NCBI GenBank assembly: GCA_035433165.1
Contig: DAORUL010000002.1
Span: 5,687-49,109, forward strand
DNA from: Thermomonas sp.
Lineage (GTDB): Bacteria; Pseudomonadota; Gammaproteobacteria; Xanthomonadales; Xanthomonadaceae
DNA length: 43,423 bases
Direction of reading: 5' to 3'
Position numbers and translations under genes: made by a program
In this document: piece by piece, positions 36,929-43,423 of the stretch
Layout: the number at the start of each line of letters is the position of its first letter
How positions within the stretch are numbered: position 1 is the stretch's first letter
The notes under the pieces: generated by a model
Database searches by the model: none
What the model was told of the DNA's origin: nothing
The model's input: the letters and a program-made list of their open reading frames with translations, nothing else

Positions 36929-39088
36929 ATGAAACTTTCCCCCACCCCCCTGTTGCTTGCCCTGTTGCCCCTGTTGGCCACTGCTGCGCCGGCTGATGAA
37001 CATGCCGCCACTGATCGCAAGATCACCAAATTGGCCGCCGTGCAAGTGGTCGGCGATGCCAAGGAAGCTGCGCGCGATACCGGCAGCAATGCCTGGGGGA
37101 AATCCAGCGTACAAGACACGCCGGCCACGCTGCATGTGGTCGACCGCAGTCAACTGGACGACCGCCACATCCGCACCTTGTCCGAATTGGCACGTGAAGA
37201 CGCGGCCCTGGGCGACAACTATGCACCGGTGGGCTATTACCAGAACATCGCGATCCGTGGCTACCCGCTGGATCTTGGCAGCGGCTACCGCATCAACGGC
37301 TTGGCCGCCACTGGCGAACAAATCATCGCGCTGGAAGACAAGCAACAAGTCGAAATCCTCAAGGGATTGGCGGGGATCAGTGCCGGCGTGGCGGAACCCG
37401 GCGGCGTGGTGAACTTCATCAGCAAGCGCCCGCAAGCGGTGCGTACATTGACGCTGGGCACGGATGCACGTGGCTCACGCTATGCCGCCCTGGATGTTGG
37501 CGGCTGGCTGTCTCCCACCTTTGGCCTGCGTGCCAATGTGGTGTGGGACAACGCGCATGCGCATGTGGAACATGCCGATGGCCGGCGTGGTTTGGTGGCG
37601 TTGGCCGCCGACTGGAAATTGTCGGATAGCACGACATTGGAGCTGGATGCCAACACCCAAGCCAGCGCCCAGCGTTCGGCCTCGGGTTACATGCTGCTGG
37701 GTGGCAGCCAGCTGCCCGGCAATCCTGATCCGAAAAAGCTGCTGGGATACCAGCCGTGGCAGCAACCGGTGCGCATCCATTCGCACAATCTCAGTGCGCG
37801 CTTGCGCCACAACTTCAACCAGGATTGGCAACTGCGCGTCAGCGCCGGCCGCAGTCGCAGCGTGATCGATGACAACGTCGCCTTCGCTTACGGCTGCTAC
37901 TACGCAGTGGCGTGCGCCAGCGGAATCGTGCCCGGCAACTTCTTCGCACCCAATGGCGATTACGACATCTACGATTACCGCAGTCCCGACGACACCCGTG
38001 TTTCCGATCAAGCGCGCACGGTGCTGGAAGGCCAATTTGGCGAAACGGTCCAGCATGACCTGAGCATGGGTATCAGCAGCTTCCATCGCAGCATCACCCG
38101 GCGTCCGTACGTGTACGACTACGTGGGTACCGCCAATATCAATGACGCGCAACCGCCGGTGTATGCGCCTTCGCCCAATCAACCCGGCAACCCGGTACGC
38201 CGCTTCGATGGCTGGCAACGCTCGTTGTTTGCACTCGATCGCATGCAACTGGGCGCGCAGTGGCAATTGATTGCCGGCGCCAGTGTTGTTCGACTCGATG
38301 AGCGCGCCTGGAAAAGCTCCGGCAAACTGGTACGCACCACGCGCATCAACAAAACGCTGCCGCAACTGGCACTGCTGTGGCAGCCCGGCGCCACGTTCAC
38401 CGCATATGCCAGTGCCAGCGACGGCATTGCATTGGGCAAGGAGGCTCCGTTCTGGACCAGCAACGACGGTGAACTGCTCGCGCCGCGCCTGTCGCGCCAG
38501 CTGGAAGCGGGCGTGAAATATCGTTGGCAAGATGCGCTGGATCTTGGCGCATCCGTATTCCGCATTCGCCAGCCGTATCAGTACGCACAGCCGGATACCA
38601 GCAGCGCCGGTTACACCTTCGTCCAGCAGGGTGATGAAGTGCACAGCGGAGTGGAACTCTCCGCCAACGGACGCATCAGCACACGTTTGAACGTCAACGC
38701 CAGCCTGGCGCTGATCCGCGCACGTGCACAAGGCACTGGCACACCCGCATTTGAGGGCCATCAAGTCGCCAATGTGCCCAGCCTGCGCAGCAGCGTGCAG
38801 TTGGACTACCGCCTGCTGCCGCAACTGGACGTGCAAGGCGGTTGGCGGCATGTCTCCTCCAACCCGGCCACATCCACCGGGCAAGTCCGCGCACCCGCCT
38901 ATGACGTGTTCAATGCCGGCCTGCGCTGGCGTGGGCAGTGGCGCGAGTCAACGCTGAACACGCAATTGGGGGTGGACAACCTCTTCAACAAACACTACTG
39001 GCGCGACACCGGCAGCTCCGACGGTGACAGTTACCTGTTCCCCGGCGCACCACGCACGGTGTGGCTGACCGTGCAGGTGGCGATGTAA
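36929..39088 (+). CDS. TonB-dependent receptor, probably for thiamine or a thiamine precursor
   Basis: Signal peptide, plug motifs IRG, VEILKG, PGGVVNFISKRP, C-terminal VDNLFNKHYW...GAPRT; directly downstream of the TPP riboswitch. Confidence 0.9.
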   Translation: MKLSPTPLLLALLPLLATAAPADEHAATDRKITKLAAVQVVGDAKEAARDTGSNAWGKSSVQDTPATLHVVDRSQLDDRHIRTLSELAREDAALGDNYAPVGYYQNIAIRGYPLDLGSGYRINGLAATGEQIIALEDKQQVEILKGLAGISAGVAEPGGVVNFISKRPQAVRTLTLGTDARGSRYAALDVGGWLSPTFGLRANVVWDNAHAHVEHADGRRGLVALAADWKLSDSTTLELDANTQASAQRSASGYMLLGGSQLPGNPDPKKLLGYQPWQQPVRIHSHNLSARLRHNFNQDWQLRVSAGRSRSVIDDNVAFAYGCYYAVACASGIVPGNFFAPNGDYDIYDYRSPDDTRVSDQARTVLEGQFGETVQHDLSMGISSFHRSITRRPYVYDYVGTANINDAQPPVYAPSPNQPGNPVRRFDGWQRSLFALDRMQLGAQWQLIAGASVVRLDERAWKSSGKLVRTTRINKTLPQLALLWQPGATFTAYASASDGIALGKEAPFWTSNDGELLAPRLSRQLEAGVKYRWQDALDLGASVFRIRQPYQYAQPDTSSAGYTFVQQGDEVHSGVELSANGRISTRLNVNASLALIRARAQGTGTPAFEGHQVANVPSLRSSVQLDYRLLPQLDVQGGWRHVSSNPATSTGQVRAPAYDVFNAGLRWRGQWRESTLNTQLGVDNLFNKHYWRDTGSSDGDSYLFPGAPRTVWLTVQVAM

Positions 39089-39657
39089 TGCCGCTGCACG
39101 AGATCTTCGCTGCCTGCCTGAGTGCTGGTGCGGTCTGGCTGACCACCCGGCGCAGCCCATGGTGCTACCCGGTGGGGCTGGCGTCGATCTCGGTGTACAT
39201 CTGGGTGTTCATCGACGCCCGGCTGTATTCGGACGTGCTGCTGCAATGTGCTTACGTGGCGATGCTGATTTCTGGCTGGCTACGCTGGCTGCGCCATCTG
39301 GACAGTACCGGCCATGTGCAGGTGGCCGCCCTGGCCCCGCGCCTGGCCGGCCTGCACCTGTTGATTGGCCTGTCCGGTGGTTTTGCACTGGGCTACACCA
39401 TGCACACCTTCACCCACGCGTCGCTTCCGTGGCTGGATGCTTTCCTGACGGCATTCAGTCTGGTCGGACAGTGGTGGCAAAACCGCCGTCACATCGCCGC
39501 ATGGTGGATGTGGATCGCGGTGGACGTGGTTTATATCGCCATGTACCTGCATAAAGATCTGCATGTCACTGCCGTGCTGTACACCGGATTTGTGGTGCTG
39601 GCATTGAAAGGCTGGCGTGATTGGCGACGCGCGGAACAGGCCGCTGCGGCGGCATGA
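39088..39657 (+). CDS. pnuC: PnuC-family vitamin transporter (PnuT-like)
   Basis: LYSDVLLQ, PWLDAF, WWMWIAVD; TAATG stop/start overlap with the receptor gene. Confidence 0.9.
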   Translation: MPLHEIFAACLSAGAVWLTTRRSPWCYPVGLASISVYIWVFIDARLYSDVLLQCAYVAMLISGWLRWLRHLDSTGHVQVAALAPRLAGLHLLIGLSGGFALGYTMHTFTHASLPWLDAFLTAFSLVGQWWQNRRHIAAWWMWIAVDVVYIAMYLHKDLHVTAVLYTGFVVLALKGWRDWRRAEQAAAAA

Positions 39658-39664
39658 CTGCAGT

Positions 39665-39692
39665 GCCCCCTCGCCTGTACCGGCGTGGGGGT
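39665..39692 (+). terminator. Hairpin after pnuC
   Basis: GCCCCC-T-CGCC-TGTACC-GGCG-T-GGGGGT followed by GTATGTT. Confidence 0.4.
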
Positions 39693-39730
39693 GTATGTTC
39701 GCTCGCATCACCCAACACAACGCACTTGAC

Positions 39731-39916
39731 ATGGACATCCACGACATCGCCCTGACCCTGTTCGCGCAATTGGTGCACGCCAACGGCAGCCAGCCGCTGA
39801 GTCAGGAGGCGCGCATCGATATGGGCCGCGAAGCCTATCGCTTTGCCGAGGCCTATATCGCGGCCAAGGATTTGTATATCCGCGAATTGCCGGTTGTTAA
39901 TGACCAAGGCTTCTGA
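39731..39916 (+). CDS. Small hypothetical protein (61 aa)
   Basis: MDIHDIALTLFAQLV...GREAYRFAEAYIAAKDLYIRELP; protein-like composition, fills the intergenic gap. Confidence 0.65.
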   Translation: MDIHDIALTLFAQLVHANGSQPLSQEARIDMGREAYRFAEAYIAAKDLYIRELPVVNDQGF

Positions 39917-39968
39917 TGGATCTGCTGATCGGCGGGTATGCTTGCCAGATTCCCCCCGGAGCGCACGC

Positions 39969-40439
39969 ATGATTCGTCGGTTTGCCAGCATCACAGCACT
40001 CTCTTTCCTGCTGGCGGCATGCAGCAGCGGCCCGGTACGGCGCATCTCCGAACCCACCGCCAGTCTCCAGCAACTCACCGTACGCAGCGATGGCCAATGG
40101 GATGTGCAGCTGCGTCTGCAGAACTACAGCAGCATTGCGATGCGCTTTGACAAGGCCACGCTGGACATCCGCTTTGACAACGGCCCGGCCGCCAAACTCG
40201 AGGTGCAGCCGGGGCTGGAAATCGGCCCGGAATCGGCCGATGTGGTCAGCGCCGTCCTCACCCCCCTGCCGGCCGGTCGTGCCCGCATTGCCAGCGCCTT
40301 GGCCGACGGCCACGGCCTGTCGTACACCTTGAGCGGCAGTCTGGCCGCCACCCCGCAAGACGGCAAACAGAAGGCGTGGGACATCAAGCGCGAAAGCGCG
40401 CTATCGCCCGTGCCGGGGCTGCCCGGGGCGCTGCGCTAA
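39969..40439 (+). CDS. LEA type 2 (WHy-like) lipoprotein
   Basis: LLAAC lipobox, LRLQNYS motif, beta-strand pattern, GGAG RBS. Confidence 0.75.
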   Translation: MIRRFASITALSFLLAACSSGPVRRISEPTASLQQLTVRSDGQWDVQLRLQNYSSIAMRFDKATLDIRFDNGPAAKLEVQPGLEIGPESADVVSAVLTPLPAGRARIASALADGHGLSYTLSGSLAATPQDGKQKAWDIKRESALSPVPGLPGALR

Positions 40440-40538
40440 GGCGATTTTTCAAACTAGAGCATTCGCTCAACATACGCAGCAGTATGCTCAAAATCCCTGC
40501 AGGCCGATCGTCGGCCCGCATCTGCACGGACATACGTC

Positions 40539-42332
40539 ATGAGCACCTACAAAGCCCCCCTCGACGATCTGCGCTTTGCCCTGTTTGATGTACTGGGTGC
40601 AGAGGCGCATTGCGCCAAGCTCGGCTTTGCCGACGTCAACCGTGAGTTGGCCGATGCGGTGCTGGAGGAAGCGGCGCGCTTCGCCGAAACCGTGCTGGCA
40701 CCGCTCAACAAAATTGGCGATGAAATCGGCTGCAGCTTCGACAAGGCCACCGGCGATGTCACGCCGCCGCCCGGATTCAAGCAAGCCTTCGATACGTTTG
40801 TCGAAGGTGGCTGGACCGGCTTGACCAATGCTCCCGAACATGGCGGCCAAGGCATGCCCGCGCTGCTGGGCGGTGTGCTGACCGAACTGGTGGATTCTGC
40901 CAATCTGGCGTGGGGCAATTTCCCCATGCTCAGTCATGGCGCGGTGAAGGCGCTGGAAACCTATGGCGAAGCCTGGCAGCAGGAAGTCTTTCTGAAGCCG
41001 CTGGTGGCAGGCCAGTGGACCGGCACCATGTGCCTGACCGAACCCCATTGCGGCACCGACCTCGGTCTGCTCAAGACCCGCGCCGAACCGCAAGCCGATG
41101 GCACCTATGCCGTCACCGGTACCAAGATCTTCATCACCGCCGGCGAGCATGATCTGGTGCCCAACATCATCCATCTGGTGCTGGCCAAACTGCCGGATGC
41201 ACCGGCCGGCGCGAAAGGCATTTCGCTGTTCGTGGTGCCCAAGTTCAAGGTGGCCCGCGATGGCAGCGTGGGCGCGCGCAATGCCGTGCGTTGTGGCGCG
41301 ATCGAACACAAGATGGGCATTCATGGTTCCGCCACCTGCGTGATGAATTTCGATGGTGCCGAAGGCTATCTGCTGGGCGAGCCGCACAAAGGCTTGCAGG
41401 CGATGTTCGTGATGATGAACTCGGCCCGCCTCGGCGTGGGCGTGCAAGGTTTGGGGCTGTCTGAACGCGCTTACCAGAACGCCCTGCGCTATGCCCGTGA
41501 GCGCCTGCAATCACGCGCACTCACCGGCCCGAAGTGCCCCGACAAACCGGCCGACCCGCTCATCGTGCAGCCCGATGTCCGGCGCATGCTGCTGTCGCAA
41601 AAATCGCTGGTGGAAGGCGGCCGCTTGCTCAGCTTGCATGCCTATTCGCTGCTGGATGTGGCCGAACACGCCAGCGACCCGGCCGAACGCGAACGTGCGC
41701 ATACCCTGGTCAGCTTCCTCACCCCGATCTCCAAAGCCTGCCTGACCGAATGGAGCATTGAGAACACCTACAACGCGCTGCAATGCTTCGGCGGCCACGG
41801 CTACATCGCCGAGCACGGCATGGAGCAATACGCCCGCGATGCCCGCATCACCACCTTGTACGAAGGCACCACCGGCATCCAGTCGCTGGATTTGATCGGC
41901 CGCAAAACCGCCGCCACCCAAGGCGCGGGGCTGAAGTTGTTCCTGGGTGAAGTGGAAGCATTCGCCAAGCTGCACGAAGGCGATGCCGCACTGGCCGAGT
42001 TCATCGGACCGCTGCGCAGCAAATGCCAGGAATGGGGCAAGCTCACCATCGAAACCCTGACCCGCGCCGCCAGCAACCCGGACGAATTGGGTGCTGCCAG
42101 TACCGACTATCTGTTCTATTCCGGCTACGTGGTACTGGCCTACTGGTGGGCACGCAGCGTGGCCGCCGCCAATGCCACCAGCAAACCGCAAGCATTCAAG
42201 GATGCCAAGCGCGATACCGCCCGCTTCTACTTCGCCCGCATGCTGCCGCGCACGCTGGCCCACAAGGCCGCCATCGAATCCGGTGCCAGCCCGCTGATGG
42301 CATTGCCGGATGCAGGCTTCGGCGCCGAGTAA
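40539..42332 (+). CDS. Acyl-CoA dehydrogenase (long form with C-terminal domain)
   Basis: TMCLTEPHCGTDLG, GTKIFITAGEHD, EHKMGIHGSATC, FGGHGYI, YEGTTGIQ. Confidence 0.94.
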   Translation: MSTYKAPLDDLRFALFDVLGAEAHCAKLGFADVNRELADAVLEEAARFAETVLAPLNKIGDEIGCSFDKATGDVTPPPGFKQAFDTFVEGGWTGLTNAPEHGGQGMPALLGGVLTELVDSANLAWGNFPMLSHGAVKALETYGEAWQQEVFLKPLVAGQWTGTMCLTEPHCGTDLGLLKTRAEPQADGTYAVTGTKIFITAGEHDLVPNIIHLVLAKLPDAPAGAKGISLFVVPKFKVARDGSVGARNAVRCGAIEHKMGIHGSATCVMNFDGAEGYLLGEPHKGLQAMFVMMNSARLGVGVQGLGLSERAYQNALRYARERLQSRALTGPKCPDKPADPLIVQPDVRRMLLSQKSLVEGGRLLSLHAYSLLDVAEHASDPAERERAHTLVSFLTPISKACLTEWSIENTYNALQCFGGHGYIAEHGMEQYARDARITTLYEGTTGIQSLDLIGRKTAATQGAGLKLFLGEVEAFAKLHEGDAALAEFIGPLRSKCQEWGKLTIETLTRAASNPDELGAASTDYLFYSGYVVLAYWWARSVAAANATSKPQAFKDAKRDTARFYFARMLPRTLAHKAAIESGASPLMALPDAGFGAE

Positions 42333-42343
42333 CCGCCGCATGT

Positions 42344-42394
42344 CCTTCTCCCCACGCTGCGTGGGGAGAAGGTGTCCGCAGGGCGGATGAGAGG
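42344..42394. repeat. REP/CIR-like intergenic palindromic repeat unit
   Basis: CCTTCTCCCCACGC-T-GCGTGGGGAGAAGG (14-bp arms) followed by TGTCCGCAGGGCGGATGAGAGG. Confidence 0.7.
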
Positions 42395-42445
42395 CCCCAT
42401 CGCCATATCCAAACCGTCATCAAAAGCGTATAAGCTGGTTTTCCG

Positions 42446-43144
42446 ATGGAGACCGATACAGCGCTCGTACGCCCGGCCCATACCGGCGATGATTCCGCTC
42501 ACCTGTGCGCGGACGGGTTTGTTTCCCTTGCCGCAGGCAACCCGGCATTTTCCTTTGCACCTGCTCTGCGCTTTCTTGGTCTGGATGCGCACGGCCGCGC
42601 TTTGGACTGGCTCAGCTGGCAAGACGCGACCTGCCTGTATGCCCGGAATGCCGTGGCGTGGACGCTGGGCGAGCCCTGCCTTGCCGTGCATGGCGGCATA
42701 AATCGCAACAGCGGCCTGCGCAGCCAGATTCTGCTGCACCCCATCATCGCCGCGCGCGGGCATGTGCGCCCGCAGGCGATGGATCCTACGCCAACCCTGA
42801 CCAATCCCGCGCTGTTTGCCCGCGACCAATCCCTCTGCCTGTATTGCGGTCGTCAATTCCAACGTCATGCGCTCACCCGCGACCATGTGCAGCCAACCTC
42901 AAAAGGAGGCCGCGATGTCTGGGAAAACGTCGTCACCGCCTGCGTGCACTGCAATTCGCGCAAGGGCAACCGCACGCCGCAGCAAGCGCAGATGCCGCTG
43001 CTCGCCATTCCTTATCGTCCCAGCTGGGTTGAGCACCTGATTTTGTCCAATCGCAATATCCTGGCCGACCAGATGGCCTTCTTGCGCGCGCAATTGCCAA
43101 AACACCCACGGCGGTCACCGATTGCACCATTGCAGCGGTCGTGA
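42446..43144 (+). CDS. HNH endonuclease family protein
   Basis: LFARD, CLYCG, TRDHV, GG, WENVVTACVHCNSRKG. Confidence 0.9.
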   Translation: METDTALVRPAHTGDDSAHLCADGFVSLAAGNPAFSFAPALRFLGLDAHGRALDWLSWQDATCLYARNAVAWTLGEPCLAVHGGINRNSGLRSQILLHPIIAARGHVRPQAMDPTPTLTNPALFARDQSLCLYCGRQFQRHALTRDHVQPTSKGGRDVWENVVTACVHCNSRKGNRTPQQAQMPLLAIPYRPSWVEHLILSNRNILADQMAFLRAQLPKHPRRSPIAPLQRS

Positions 43145-43220
43145 GCACAACTCCATGACCTCTTGCCATTGACGTGGAGCCGCTGCTTGGCAACACTGCC
43201 CACGGAAGTCACAGGAAACG

Positions 43221-43423
43221 ATGATGGCGCTGACGCTGGGTACCACCGGAATGGATCGCAAAACGGAAGCCGAAGTGCAATCGGCTTTCAAGATTGCCAA
43301 TGCCGAAACCGGCCATCACTGGACCTTGGTCGATGGTGATAACGCCGACTACGTCCTGATCGACATGGACAGCTTGTACGGGCCGATGAGCTGGCTGCGG
43401 CTGCATTCGATGGGGCGCAAGGT
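43221..43423 (+). CDS. Hypothetical protein with receiver-like N-terminus (3' truncated; not in the ORF track)
   Basis: Open frame MMALTLGTTGMDRKTEAEVQSAF...ADYVLIDMDSLYGPMSWLRLH to the window end; AGGA upstream; start 43221 or 43224. Confidence 0.65.
   Translation, partial: MMALTLGTTGMDRKTEAEVQSAFKIANAETGHHWTLVDGDNADYVLIDMDSLYGPMSWLRLHSMGRK

Noticed and set aside
36929-39088. Siderophore receptor
   Set aside because: The TPP riboswitch and coupled pnuC argue for thiamine; I saw no Fur box.
39678-39693. TACCGGCGTGGGGGTG resembling the 3' end of a TPP aptamer
   Set aside because: No CTGAGA or CCTGAT core nearby; better explained as a hairpin arm.
1-43423. CRISPR array, tRNA/rRNA, prophage, integrase or defence island
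   Set aside because: No spaced direct repeats, RNA-gene signatures or such genes were recognised by eye; dedicated scans were not run.

Overview
A GC-rich gammaproteobacterial chromosomal window. Gene content suggests Xanthomonadaceae/Lysobacteraceae (inference, no database search run). It holds about 36 CDS and no rRNA, tRNA, CRISPR, transposase or phage genes that I can support. Order: (1) an interrupted miaB-phoH-ybeY-corC locus, with a TetR/HlyD/ABC exporter plus amidohydrolase and an antisense TolB/TPR lipoprotein inserted, and a DUF4105/Lnb-like gene where E. coli has lnt, followed by corA; (2) a peptide-foraging cluster (DUF819, S9 peptidase, OPT, POT, divergent M13); (3) tilS-xseB-ispA, eptA, rhlE, DoxX and a beta-CASP nuclease; (4) an M16 pair and a second M13; (5) an APH-like kinase, TPP riboswitch, TonB receptor and PnuC, a probable thiamine salvage locus; (6) a small protein, LEA2 lipoprotein, acyl-CoA dehydrogenase, REP-like palindrome, HNH nuclease and a truncated ORF. 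The strongest observations are a 94-bp palindromic element with 24-bp perfect inverted repeats inserted in frame in ispA, the Lnb-like Cys/His protein at the lnt position, and an M13 paralog with altered catalytic motifs. Product calls rest on motif recognition.
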